A stretch of 64,000 nucleotides of DNA from an uncultured Candidatus Saccharibacteria bacterium (GCA_964384035.1 CAYLIB010000007.1:18769-82768), one strand, 5' to 3'; positions 9,364-19,218 are shown, counted from the first letter of the stretch. Numbers and translations are program-made. The notes: generated from the letters alone by a model not told the origin.

Positions 9364-10374
9364 ATGAAAAATAAAAGTAAAGTAAATAAAGTATTGGTAT
9401 TACTAGGGATATTGTTATTATTTGTAATAGGAGTTTTATTTTTTTTGTACCTGCAGTTTACACCGTTTGAAAAATCGGAATTAGGTCTGAATTTTTCTTC
9501 TAGGCATATTACTTATTTGGGTATGGACTGGAAGAAGATTTATTCTAATATTTTTACAGATTTAAAACCTAAGTATTTAAGACTTCCAGTGTATTGGGAT
9601 GATGTAGAAAAACAACCAGGTGTGTATAATTTTTCTGATCTAGAGTATCAATTGGAAGTAGCCAAGCAAAATAATGCAAAAGTTATTTTGGTTGTTGGAA
9701 AAAAACAACCAAGGTGGCCTGAGTGTCATGTACCGGAATGGGTAAAGGGGTTGGAGGTTGAAGAGCAAAGAAACTCACTTAGGGACTATATTATGGAGTC
9801 GGTGAAGCATTTTAAAAGCTATGACGCTGTGGAATTGTGGCAAGTGGAGAACGAGCCTATATTCGGATTCGGTCCAAATTGTCCTAAAATTGATACTAAA
9901 GAATTATCGGAAGAGATTGGTTGGGTAAGGAGTGGGGATGATAGAAAAATTATTGTTACAGATAGTGGGGAATTAGGTAGATGGGTACCAACCGCTAATT
10001 CCGGTGCGGATTATTTTGGATCTACTATGTATAGGGTTGTTCATAATCCGAAAATTGGATATTACTCATATCATCTACCGCCGTTATTTTTTAGATTAAA
10101 AGCTGGAATGTTAAATACTTTAGTACATCCAAAAAAGATTTATGGGGTTGAGCTGCAGGCTGAACCTTGGTTTGCAACAGATGTGCTGCTAACGCCGATT
10201 ACAAGGCAAAAAGAGTTGATGAATGCTGATATTCTTCTGGATAATATTAGATATGCTCAGAAGAGTGGATTTGAAAGGCATTATCTTTGGGGTGTTGAGT
10301 GGTGGTATTGGATGAAGGAGAAAAATAATGACAGTAGTTTATTGGATGTTGCTAAAAAAGAATTTAAATATTAA
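9364..10374 (+). CDS. Membrane-anchored glycoside hydrolase, GH5-like TIM barrel (clan GH-A)
   Basis: 336 aa; N-terminal TM; RLPVYWDDVE and WQVENEP (acid/base Glu in an NEP motif); candidate nucleophile in TDSGELG. Confidence 0.5.
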   Translation: MKNKSKVNKVLVLLGILLLFVIGVLFFLYLQFTPFEKSELGLNFSSRHITYLGMDWKKIYSNIFTDLKPKYLRLPVYWDDVEKQPGVYNFSDLEYQLEVAKQNNAKVILVVGKKQPRWPECHVPEWVKGLEVEEQRNSLRDYIMESVKHFKSYDAVELWQVENEPIFGFGPNCPKIDTKELSEEIGWVRSGDDRKIIVTDSGELGRWVPTANSGADYFGSTMYRVVHNPKIGYYSYHLPPLFFRLKAGMLNTLVHPKKIYGVELQAEPWFATDVLLTPITRQKELMNADILLDNIRYAQKSGFERHYLWGVEWWYWMKEKNNDSSLLDVAKKEFKY

Positions 10375-10383
10375 TGAGTAATT

Positions 10384-11208
10384 ATGAAAGCTGTTTTTGA
10401 TATAGGAGGCACGACAACAAGGGTTGCTGTTTACGAGAATGAAAGTATTCCATTAAAACCTATGGTTTTTAAAACACCTAAGAGACTTGATGAGGTGATT
10501 AGTAAATTGGTAGGGGAAATTAGGGCCAGTATAGCTGGTGCTCTTTTATCCGAAGTGGCAGGAGGACTAGCAGGGGTTATTTCCACAGAAGGAAAAATAG
10601 AAAGATCTGTAAACTTGCCGAATTATGAAGGAAAAAATTTAGCGGCTATTTTAAAGAAAGAGTTAGGGTGCGATGTATATTTAGAAAATGACTGTACTAT
10701 GATAGGTTTAGGTGAAATTCAGAAAATTAGTAAGAGTAATTCTAAGGTCTTAGCGTATTTGACAATAAGTACGGGAGTCGGTGCTAAAAGATTTGTGGAA
10801 GGGAAGCCGTCTGAGAGCTATTTAAATTTTGAACCCGGTAAACAACTTTTATTAATAGAGAAAAATAAAAATAAAACTTGGGAACAGTTGGTTTCGGGTT
10901 CTGCAATTTTTAAAAATACAGGAAAAATTCCATCTACTATTAAAGAAAGAAAGTTTTGGGAAGAAGAAGAGAGGTTGGTAGCTATGGGTTTGTATAATTT
11001 AATTTTACATTGGAGACCTGATGTGGTGATACTAGGTGGCGGGGTAGTTATTAATACTCAGTTGAGTTTATTGGGAATTGAGAAACAATTGAAAAAAATA
11101 AATGTTATATATCCAACATTGCCAAAAATTGTGAAAGCTAAACTCGGTGACTATGGGGGTCTTTATGGGGCAAGGTATTATTTGGAGAAGATTAAAAAGA
11201 ACGCGTAA
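10384..11208 (+). CDS. ROK/BadF-type sugar kinase (glucokinase or N-acetylglucosamine kinase-like)
   Basis: 274 aa; N-terminal FDIGGTTTRVAVYE ATPase motif; ILGGGV second glycine-rich motif. Confidence 0.55.
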   Translation: MKAVFDIGGTTTRVAVYENESIPLKPMVFKTPKRLDEVISKLVGEIRASIAGALLSEVAGGLAGVISTEGKIERSVNLPNYEGKNLAAILKKELGCDVYLENDCTMIGLGEIQKISKSNSKVLAYLTISTGVGAKRFVEGKPSESYLNFEPGKQLLLIEKNKNKTWEQLVSGSAIFKNTGKIPSTIKERKFWEEEERLVAMGLYNLILHWRPDVVILGGGVVINTQLSLLGIEKQLKKINVIYPTLPKIVKAKLGDYGGLYGARYYLEKIKKNA

Positions 11209-11211
11209 TAT

Positions 11212-11727
11212 TTACGCGTTTAGTGGGAATGGGTAAGATAGATCCGTAGAAGATGAGGTTAGATTTGTAACGTCTCTTTCTAGATCGGCTCTTCCCATTT
11301 TTAGGGCGACTCTGTTTTGTGGGTGCTCGATGCGTTGTCTCGACCCTTTTCTGCGGTTCAAGCTTAGGAAGTAATAGTTTTTTGTTGTAGAATCTTGTGT
11401 GTGTTTGATAAGGATTTCATCCACCGCAAAATTATCCACTACTCCGCTTTCTATAGCGAGTAAGAAATATACAGCCGCTATATTTTTTTTGAAATATATT
11501 TCCGGGTTGTTTTCACCACCGTGTTTTTCCTTAAAAAAAGGGTGGTTTTGAAAATATTCCGTAGCGAGGCTGTCTATGTTACGTAGTTTTTCTTCCAAAG
11601 AGAGTACGCTTTTAAGTGCGGATGCTCTTTGGAGATAGCCACAAAGTAAATCGTAGTTCAAAGCAATTTGGAAGTGATTTTGGATTTTTTTGATTACTTC
11701 CAAAGGAAGATCGGCGCAGTATGCCAT
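11212..11727 (-). CDS. Hypothetical protein (171 aa)
   Basis: ORF only; no motif recognised. Confidence 0.4.
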   Translation of the reverse strand: MAYCADLPLEVIKKIQNHFQIALNYDLLCGYLQRASALKSVLSLEEKLRNIDSLATEYFQNHPFFKEKHGGENNPEIYFKKNIAAVYFLLAIESGVVDNFAVDEILIKHTQDSTTKNYYFLSLNRRKGSRQRIEHPQNRVALKMGRADLERDVTNLTSSSTDLSYPFPLNA

Positions 11728-11969
11728 ATTCCCTCCTAGAGTTTTTGCAAAAGCGACAGGATTGTATATTTTGGTGTAATTTCGCTGATTTTTTTTGTGC
11801 GTCCTTTCACAGTAGGGAGCAGTCTTTATTCCAGGACCGGCATAGCCGGATTATTGCATAAACACTTCACTTTTTCCCAATCAATGACGCTTCAGGTCCG
11901 TACTTAAAAATCGACGAAACTACACACAAAATCTGCAATCCGTTGGAGTATGACGTTAGGAACGCATGC
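11728..11969. repeat. About 240-bp intergenic element, copy C1 of a family. Homologs are at 29013-29276 and 49445-49696.
   Basis: Shares ATTTTGGTRKAWTTT, TTCCAGG and the 52-nt core CTTCAxxxCCGxAGTACTTRAAAATCGACSAAxxxxxACAMAAATCTGCAATC with the other copies. Confidence 0.45.
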
Positions 11970-12968
11970 TTAGTCACGGTGTGAAATTTCGTCTTTGTTA
12001 TGGTGCCAGTGTAGGTGGGTTCTGTCAATGAAATTTAAAGCTTCCTCGGAAGTTTGGAACCAGTGGATTTCTTTGTTTCTTTTCCACCAGGTCATTTGTC
12101 GTTTGGCATAATGTAGGATATCCGTTGTTAGATTGTTCACGAATTTTTCATAATCAATTTTTTTTTGGAGGTATAGACTGCTATGTTTATATTCTAAGCC
12201 AAAATCTATCAACTTTTTCCAACTTAGCCCCTTATCGTGTAAATTTTGGACTTCATCCAGTAATCCTTCTTGTATTCTTGTTTCGAGTCTTTTTGAGATT
12301 TTATTTTTTAGGTCTTCGGGTTTTGGATTTAGTCCTATCCAGATATAGTTGCTTATTTTTGATTCGTCTCTTGTAGGGACAGGCTTCCCACTAGTAATTA
12401 CAATTTCTAAAGCCCTAATGAGTCTTCTTCTGTTGTGCTTGTCTATGGCATTTGTTCTGGCTGGGTCTAGTTTGGAAAGTTTTATTATTAAATTTTCGGT
12501 TGTTTCTATTTCTAAGGTTTTTCTTAGTTCTGGATTTGGGGGGACATCCGGAAAGTTTTGATCGTAAATAATAGCGTCCATCCAATGCATTGTACCACCA
12601 CAAAGTATAGGGATTTTACTTTGCTCTGCTATTTTATTGATTATTTTTTTAGCATAATTTTTGAATTCTGCTGCGGAGAATTGTTTTTGAGGGGATATTA
12701 GATTAATTCCGTAGTGTGGGATGTTTTTGTACATATATGATCTGGGTGGTTTGGATCCCCGCCTCTGTGGGGATGACACGCTATATTTAGTTTTAGTTAG
12801 AGGGGTTACTTTTCCTGAGCCAATGTCCATTCCTTTGTAAATTTGTCTTGAGTCTACGGAAAGAATCTCCCCGTCTAGTTTTTTCGCTAAGCTAACTGCT
12901 AGTTCGCTCTTACCACTAGCGGTTGGTCCTATGATAGCTAAGCCAATAAATTCTGGTTTTTTAATCAT
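11970..12968 (-). CDS. miaA: tRNA dimethylallyltransferase
   Basis: 332 aa; N-terminal P-loop IAIIGPTASGKSELAV...LSVDSRQIYKGMDIGSGK; extra internal insertion relative to typical MiaA. Confidence 0.85.
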   Translation of the reverse strand: MIKKPEFIGLAIIGPTASGKSELAVSLAKKLDGEILSVDSRQIYKGMDIGSGKVTPLTKTKYSVSSPQRRGSKPPRSYMYKNIPHYGINLISPQKQFSAAEFKNYAKKIINKIAEQSKIPILCGGTMHWMDAIIYDQNFPDVPPNPELRKTLEIETTENLIIKLSKLDPARTNAIDKHNRRRLIRALEIVITSGKPVPTRDESKISNYIWIGLNPKPEDLKNKISKRLETRIQEGLLDEVQNLHDKGLSWKKLIDFGLEYKHSSLYLQKKIDYEKFVNNLTTDILHYAKRQMTWWKRNKEIHWFQTSEEALNFIDRTHLHWHHNKDEISHRD

Positions 12969-13569
12969 GGTAATTTATTGTATAATAAAGGGAGCAATGA
13001 AAAGAAAATATACTATTTTATTCGTAATATTAGTAATAATACTGATTTTAGCAGGTCTTTTAATTATGCGGAAAAATAGTGGAGATTTAGAGAATAATAA
13101 GGGTGGAGATACTAAAGCCATAAACGATAGGGAGATAAACTCGAATAAAGACATAAATTCAAGCCAGCAAAAAATAGATACAAATCAGGATGCTTTGAAT
13201 GGGGGTGCTGAGAATTCTCCAAGTGAACAAAACGATGCAAATCTTGCAGATAAGGAAATACAGGGTAGGTTTAGCTCAGAGGAGGATATAGGTGGTGGGT
13301 CTGCTCAGGTTTTTAGAGTTACTTTCGACGGTAAGAGTTTTAATCCGCCCAGTTTAAAATTATCTAAGGGTGATATTGTATGGTTTGAGAATAATTCTAG
13401 TGAAGCCCTTTGGATTACAAATAATAATTTGATTGATTTTTCTCAGTTAGATTCTGGTAAAGATATTAAGCACGGTGAGAGGTTTGAGTTAATGTTTCAG
13501 AGAACCGGGAAATTTGATTATGTTAATAAGCATGATGGCACCAAAGGATTATTGGAGGTAATTCAATAA
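12931..13569 (+). CDS. Hypothetical membrane-anchored protein with a C-terminal beta-sandwich (cupredoxin-like) region. The true start is probably the Met at about 12997.
   Basis: TM helix ILFVILVIILILAGLLI followed by a low-complexity linker and VTFDGKSFNPPSLKLSKGDIVWFEN; no copper ligand set seen. Confidence 0.4.
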   Translation: MIAKPINSGFLIMVIYCIIKGAMKRKYTILFVILVIILILAGLLIMRKNSGDLENNKGGDTKAINDREINSNKDINSSQQKIDTNQDALNGGAENSPSEQNDANLADKEIQGRFSSEEDIGGGSAQVFRVTFDGKSFNPPSLKLSKGDIVWFENNSSEALWITNNNLIDFSQLDSGKDIKHGERFELMFQRTGKFDYVNKHDGTKGLLEVIQ

Positions 13570-14397
13570 ATGAATATTGAATGGGATACAGTTGGCCATG
13601 ATTTTATTAAAAGTCTTTTTGCGAAGATAGAAAAGACTGGGCGATTTTCAAATGCTTATTTAGGAATAGGCCCTAAGGGTGTTGGCAAAGCGACTTTGTT
13701 TAAAGAGTATGCAAGGAGAATAACAGGGAGGAATTTTGGGGAGCACCCTGATTTGTTGTTTCTCGATGGCGAAAGCGAGGGTTCTATGGATACGCTTCGG
13801 TCTTTTTTAGCTAGTACTAGGTTTTCATCTGTAGAGTTCAGAAATACATTTGTGCTCTTAGATAACATAGATAGTATAAGTCTTGCTAATATGAACGTTA
13901 TGCTTAAGACACTGGAGGAGCCATCTGAAGGAACTGTGTTTTTTTTGGTTTCTCATACTAAAAATATACCTAAAACAATAATCTCAAGATGTTTACCTTT
14001 AACTTTTTCAAAATTAAGTAAGGTTGAATTGAGTAAACTGGCGGAATTGAAGGGGTTTAAGGTTTTGCCTGAAAATTTATTAGCTTGCCAAGGCTCTTTT
14101 TCACGACTTATTCAAATGAGTGAAGATGCAAAATATGAAAATATTTATTTACCCGCGGCAAAAGAAATTGCAATGTGCTTGAGGAAAGGTTTGTTCGAGA
14201 GATTGCTGCTTTTAAATAAGCTATCTGTATTGGAGAGCGAAGATATTAAATGTATTTTTGAAATTACTCTAGAGTTAGTTAAAAAAGACTTGATAGACGG
14301 ATTGTCTGTAGATAGAGTGAAAAAAGTGTTAGAAGCCTTAAGAAGGATGCAAACTAATATGAATAAAAAATTAATTTTACAAGGAGTTTTGCTCTAA
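13570..14397 (+). CDS. holB: DNA polymerase III delta-prime subunit
   Basis: 275 aa; AAA+ clamp-loader pattern: GPKGVGKATL P-loop, LKTLEEPSEGTVFFLV, SRC motif IISRCLPLTF. Confidence 0.65.
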   Translation: MNIEWDTVGHDFIKSLFAKIEKTGRFSNAYLGIGPKGVGKATLFKEYARRITGRNFGEHPDLLFLDGESEGSMDTLRSFLASTRFSSVEFRNTFVLLDNIDSISLANMNVMLKTLEEPSEGTVFFLVSHTKNIPKTIISRCLPLTFSKLSKVELSKLAELKGFKVLPENLLACQGSFSRLIQMSEDAKYENIYLPAAKEIAMCLRKGLFERLLLLNKLSVLESEDIKCIFEITLELVKKDLIDGLSVDRVKKVLEALRRMQTNMNKKLILQGVLL

Positions 14398-14402
14398 AAT
14401 TT

Positions 14403-15473
14403 ATGAAATTTAATTGGAAAAATTTAATAACATTGCTTTTGCTCTCGACTATAGCCGCTGGTTGCAATCCTTTTGTGAGCACGAGACCGGCTGGATTAGT
14501 GCGTACCTCAAATGGTGGTGCGGATTGGGTGATGGCTAATGTGATTTCGGGGAATCAAAAAGCTAGTCTAGCTGACTATTCTTTTTCTGTACTTACTTTT
14601 GCTAATAATAAACGCGAAGTTATTTATGCTGGTAGCTATACTGGGGGTTTGTATAAATCTGAGGATTCAGCAGGGTCTTGGAAGCAGGTGCTTAGTCGCA
14701 TATCTGTGTATGATGTAGTGGTTAGTCCTACAGATGAGCAGGTTATATACGCGGCTGGGTTTGGTGTAGACCATGGTAAGCTTTTAAGAAGTTTGGATTC
14801 TGGTAAAACATGGGAAGAAATGTATAGTGAGGAGGCAACGAATAATGCAGTCCGTGCGGTTGCGATAAATCCTGCAAATGTAAGCGAGGTTACAATCGGT
14901 CTTTCGTCTGGAAATTTGGTAAAAAGTTTCGACGGGGGTAGGAATTGGGTACTTGTAAGAAATTTTGAAGATCGGATTAATAGGATTAACTGGTCAAATG
15001 GAGCGATGTTTGTAGTCTTGAGAACCAAGGGGGTATTTGTCTCTACGGATGGGGGTGTAAATTTTACTGAGTTAACCGCACCAATTCTACATAAAAGCGG
15101 GGATGCTTCTGGTTTATATTTAAACTCGACTGATGGGGCTTCTGTATTTAGTCAGTTTGCGGTAAATGATAGTGACCCATCGGAAATGTATGTCACAACA
15201 GATAAAGGTGTATTTAAAACGATTACTGGTGGAAAAACTTGGGTTAAGTTGAATGTTCCGATACAAAGAGGAGATATTCAATTTAGGGCAGTAGCTTTTG
15301 CTCATTCTAATCCTAAAATTGTTTATTTGAGTGCTGGGAGTACAGTATATAAGACTTTGGATGGTGGGGTTTCGTTTCAGACCCAGGGTATTGTTACTTC
15401 AGGGTTTATTAACTATATTTTAGTAGATAGAGAATTGCCGCAGATAGTTTACGCAGGTGTCTTTACTGAATAG
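14403..15473 (+). CDS. Lipoprotein with BNR/Asp-box repeats (beta-propeller, Ycf48-like family)
   Basis: Lipobox LLLSTIAAGC; five SxDxGxTW-type Asp boxes (SEDSAGSW, SLDSGKTW, SFDGGRNW, STDGGVNF, TLDGGVSF). Confidence 0.6.
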   Translation: MKFNWKNLITLLLLSTIAAGCNPFVSTRPAGLVRTSNGGADWVMANVISGNQKASLADYSFSVLTFANNKREVIYAGSYTGGLYKSEDSAGSWKQVLSRISVYDVVVSPTDEQVIYAAGFGVDHGKLLRSLDSGKTWEEMYSEEATNNAVRAVAINPANVSEVTIGLSSGNLVKSFDGGRNWVLVRNFEDRINRINWSNGAMFVVLRTKGVFVSTDGGVNFTELTAPILHKSGDASGLYLNSTDGASVFSQFAVNDSDPSEMYVTTDKGVFKTITGGKTWVKLNVPIQRGDIQFRAVAFAHSNPKIVYLSAGSTVYKTLDGGVSFQTQGIVTSGFINYILVDRELPQIVYAGVFTE

Positions 15474-15618
15474 TTTTGATGGAATTTGGGGTCTATCGAA
15501 GTCGGGGTCCTGCCACTGCGGTACTCCAAAAAGTCCTCGGCTGCACTGCGGGCTTTTTAGAGGCCTCCCCTCCGTGTCACCCCTCCCGGAGTTTCATTAA
15601 TAAATAAATAAGATTTTT

Positions 15619-16176
15619 ATGGTAGATTCTATAATAAATTCGAAGAAAGAGGAGTTTGAGAAGGTTTTGGGGCATTTTGAACATGAAATTAATGGGCTTA
15701 GGACGGGGAGGGCTTCGACTGGGTTGCTTGGGACGGTAAGGGTGGAAGTTTACGGTAGTGAAATGCCTTTGGATCATGTAGCTAGTGTTACGGTAAGTGA
15801 TGCTAAGACTCTAACTATTAGTCCGTGGGACAAGGGGAGTATGCAGGCAATAGAGAAGGGTATTCAGCAGGCTAATTTGGGGCTTAATCCTTCTAATGAT
15901 GGGAATGTAATTAGAATTACTGTACCGGCTTTAACCGAAGAACGTCGTAAGGAAATGGTAAAGGTTTTAGGACAGATGACTGAGCAAGCTAGGATTGGAA
16001 TAAGACAAGTTAGGGAAGAAATATTAAGAGCCTTAAAAAAAGCTAAGGAAGACGCAGAGATTTCTGAGGATGACTTCTCTTATGCTCAAAAGAAATTGCA
16101 AGATGTTGTAGATAAGCAAAATGAATTAATCAAGCAAATATCTACCGAGAAAGAAAAAGATTTATTAACTGTATAA
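15619..16176 (+). CDS. frr: Ribosome recycling factor
   Basis: 185 aa; INGLRTGRAS...LGxVxVEVYGSxMPL...V...DA signature of RRF. Confidence 0.9.
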   Translation: MVDSIINSKKEEFEKVLGHFEHEINGLRTGRASTGLLGTVRVEVYGSEMPLDHVASVTVSDAKTLTISPWDKGSMQAIEKGIQQANLGLNPSNDGNVIRITVPALTEERRKEMVKVLGQMTEQARIGIRQVREEILRALKKAKEDAEISEDDFSYAQKKLQDVVDKQNELIKQISTEKEKDLLTV

Positions 16177-16272
16177 TTGTCAGTAACAAGTGGCAAGTAA
16201 AAAGAATAAAGGATCTCGTTATTTATTACTTGCCACTTGTTACTTTTTACTAAGATTATTTAAAACGATTGA

Positions 16273-17394
16273 ATGTTTTTTACAATATTTATTTTTGTTC
16301 TAATTTTGGGAATTCTAGTGCTAGTGCATGAGTTTGGCCATTTTATAGCTGCGAAAAAAAGTGGGATGAAAGTAGAGGAATTTGGTTTCGGTTTCCCTCC
16401 TAGGCTTTTTGGTGTTCAGAAAATTGATGGAAAGTTTAAATTCATTTTGGGTCATCCAAAAGAGGTTAATAAAGATGCTGTTGTCTATTCTTTTAATCTT
16501 ATTCCACTGGGTGGGTTTGTTAAGATATTAGGTGAAAATAACGATGCCGCTGATGTGCCAGGTAGTTTTACAAGTAAAGCTTTTCGGCCGCGATTAGCAA
16601 CTTTGCTTGCTGGTGTGGCGATGAATTTTATATTGGCTTGGTTTTTGATATCTATTGGTTATATGGTTGGTTTGCCGGTTGGAATAGATGAGACAGTAAA
16701 GATATCTAAGTATGCAAAGTTGAGTGATGTTAAGACAAATATTCTTGAAGTTGACCAGGATTCTCCGGCTTTTAAATCAGGCTTAAAACCGAATGATATT
16801 ATTGTAAGCATAGACGGAAAACCTTTTAGTATTGTAGAAGATGTGCAGGAGTATATAAGAAAAAATAGGGGGAAAGAATTCAACTTTGTAGTTAATAGAG
16901 GAGGTAAGAAAGTAGATCTGATAGTAAAGTCTATAGAGAAGCCTGGTGAAGGACAGGGTTCGGTAGGCATAAGTATGGTTTCTGTGGGCAAGTTAAAGTA
17001 TCCATTCCCGTATGCGTTTTATGAGGGGGTAACTACAACTGGAATACAAGTTAGAAACATATTTTATGGATTGTATGACCTTGTAACTAGTGGTCATGGT
17101 CTGTCGAGTGTGGGCGGTCCAGTAAAGATTGCTCAGTTGACAGGTGAAGTAGCAGGGTTGGGGCTTATATACTTGTTGCAATTTACTGCATTTTTGTCTT
17201 TAAACTTGGGTGTTTTAAACAGTTTGCCGTTCCCGGCGCTTGATGGTGGTAGGGTTTTGTTTTTGCTCATTGAGAAAATTAGAGGTAAAAAAAATAATCA
17301 GAAAATGGAACAGTACGCAAATGTGATTGGTTTTTCTTTACTACTTCTTTTAATGTTAGTAGTAACCATTAAAGACATTAAGGGGTTCTTTTAG
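16273..17394 (+). CDS. rseP: Site-2 protease (RseP/zinc metalloprotease M50) with PDZ domain
   Basis: 373 aa; HEFGHF zinc motif in the first TM; central PDZ-like segment; C-terminal LNxxPxPxLDGG motif. Confidence 0.8.
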   Translation: MFFTIFIFVLILGILVLVHEFGHFIAAKKSGMKVEEFGFGFPPRLFGVQKIDGKFKFILGHPKEVNKDAVVYSFNLIPLGGFVKILGENNDAADVPGSFTSKAFRPRLATLLAGVAMNFILAWFLISIGYMVGLPVGIDETVKISKYAKLSDVKTNILEVDQDSPAFKSGLKPNDIIVSIDGKPFSIVEDVQEYIRKNRGKEFNFVVNRGGKKVDLIVKSIEKPGEGQGSVGISMVSVGKLKYPFPYAFYEGVTTTGIQVRNIFYGLYDLVTSGHGLSSVGGPVKIAQLTGEVAGLGLIYLLQFTAFLSLNLGVLNSLPFPALDGGRVLFLLIEKIRGKKNNQKMEQYANVIGFSLLLLLMLVVTIKDIKGFF

Positions 17395-17413
17395 ACAGAT
17401 CGTAAGGTAGGAT

Positions 17414-17494
17414 AATGAATGAAGAATAACGAATGACGAGAAGGGGAAATCTCCTAAGCACATTCAATAGTCTTTATTCTCTATTCTTCATTCT
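17414..17494. repeat. Approximately 85-bp hairpin element of MITE-like type (copy a) immediately upstream of proS. The homolog is at 40602-40679.
   Basis: Terminal inverted repeats GAATGAAGAATA ... TATTCTTCATTC; shared internal words ACGAATGACGA and TATTCTTCATTCT; followed by TTTATTTTT 15 nt before the proS ATG. Confidence 0.45.
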
Positions 17495-17514
17495 TTATTT
17501 TTCATCCACATTAT

Positions 17515-19218
17515 ATGAGACAGAGTAGGTATTTTTTAAAAACAAGTAAAACTTTTTCCGCAGAGGATACGATTATATCGGCTCGTTTATTAAAACAGGC
17601 TGGTTTTATTCGTGAATCTGTAGCTGGTCGGTATTATTATCTTCCGTTGGGTATGAGGGTGTTAGAGAAGGTTATGGGTGTAGTGAGAGAAGAAATGGAT
17701 ATGAGCGGTGCTCAGGAAATGCTTTCTCCAATTTTGCATCCATTAGAATTATGGAAGGAGACTAACCGTACAAATACAGCAGGTTTTGAACTTATGCAGG
17801 TGGAGGATAGGCGAGGTGCGAAATTTGCTTTAGGGGGAACAGCTGAGGAGATGTTTGTGGACCTGGTTAGGAAGTTTACAATGAGCTATAAAGATCTTCC
17901 TTTTCATATATATCAATTCTCACCTAAATTTAGAGATGAATTGAGAGCAAGAGGTGGCTTGCTTCGTGTGAGGGAATTTATTATGAAAGATGGGTACTCT
18001 TTTCATAGAGGGGAGGAGGATTTTGGGGAGGAGTATGAGAAGATGAAAGAAGTTTATTCGAGAATTTTTAAAAGGTTGGGTCTTAGGACAGATACTGTAT
18101 TAGCTGATAACGGTTACATTGGTGGTGAATATTGTCATGAATTTATTGTCGAGTCGGAGAGTGGAGAAAGTAGGTATTTTGTAACAGAGAAAGGTACTGC
18201 TGCTCATGAGGACGTAGCAACTTTTGTAAGAAATCCAGCTAATAAAGATCAGGACATACTGCCAATTGAGGTGATTGAACAACCAGATTGGGTTAGAAAT
18301 ATGGAAGAAAATGAAAAGCACTACAGAAAGTCAAAAAATCATTTTTTAAAGAATGTTGTTTATAAAAATACAAAAAGTGGTCAAATTATTGTAGTTACCC
18401 TTACAGGTGATTTAGAAGTTAATAAGACTAAGTTAGAACAGGTTTTAAAGTCGGTTGGGCAGTTAGAGGATGCTACAGATGAGGATTTAGAAAAAATGGG
18501 AACAAAATCCGGTTATGTACATTCATGGGGTTATCCAAATGTATTTACTGTTGCTGACGTCGTTCTTTTGGAGGCCAGAAACTTGATAGGTGGGCAAAAA
18601 ACGGAAACTACGGATACGATAAATGTTAATTACGGTAGGGACTTTACTTGTGACATGATTGCGGATGTGGCAATGGCTTATCCTGGTGCTCGCGCTGAGG
18701 ATGGGGGTGTATATGAAGAAAAGAAAGGTATTGAAGTCGGTAATATCTTCCAGTTGGGGTATCACTACTCCAACCTTATGAAGGGTGCGGTTTTTACCGA
18801 TATAGATGGTGAGGAAAAACCATATTATATGGGTTGTTATGGTATCGGAATCGGGAGAACAATGGCTGCAGTTGTTGAGATGTGTAATGACGAAAGGGGT
18901 ATTATTTGGCCTGAAAGTATCGCTCCATTTAAAGTACATTTAGTATATGTTTCTGGTAAAGGTGAGGGTTTAAAGGAAAAAGCTGATCGAATTTATAAAG
19001 ATTTACTTGAAGCGGGGATAGAGGTTTTGTATGACGATAGGGAAGGGGTGACAGCAGGAGAAAAATTTGCTGACAGTGATTTGATAGGGATTCCTTATAG
19101 GGTAGTGGTCTCAACTAGAAGTCTTGAGAAGGATAGTGTGGAAATTAAGAGACGAGATGAGAAAGATGGTGTATTGGAACCTTTGAGTACGCTCGTCAGT
19201 TATTTCAGGAATAGTTAG
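17515..19218 (+). CDS. proS: Prolyl-tRNA synthetase (bacterial type)
   Basis: 567 aa; class II aaRS motifs; N-terminal YFLKTxK...ARLLxQAGFIR; C-terminal anticodon-binding domain. Confidence 0.9.
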   Translation: MRQSRYFLKTSKTFSAEDTIISARLLKQAGFIRESVAGRYYYLPLGMRVLEKVMGVVREEMDMSGAQEMLSPILHPLELWKETNRTNTAGFELMQVEDRRGAKFALGGTAEEMFVDLVRKFTMSYKDLPFHIYQFSPKFRDELRARGGLLRVREFIMKDGYSFHRGEEDFGEEYEKMKEVYSRIFKRLGLRTDTVLADNGYIGGEYCHEFIVESESGESRYFVTEKGTAAHEDVATFVRNPANKDQDILPIEVIEQPDWVRNMEENEKHYRKSKNHFLKNVVYKNTKSGQIIVVTLTGDLEVNKTKLEQVLKSVGQLEDATDEDLEKMGTKSGYVHSWGYPNVFTVADVVLLEARNLIGGQKTETTDTINVNYGRDFTCDMIADVAMAYPGARAEDGGVYEEKKGIEVGNIFQLGYHYSNLMKGAVFTDIDGEEKPYYMGCYGIGIGRTMAAVVEMCNDERGIIWPESIAPFKVHLVYVSGKGEGLKEKADRIYKDLLEAGIEVLYDDREGVTAGEKFADSDLIGIPYRVVVSTRSLEKDSVEIKRRDEKDGVLEPLSTLVSYFRNS

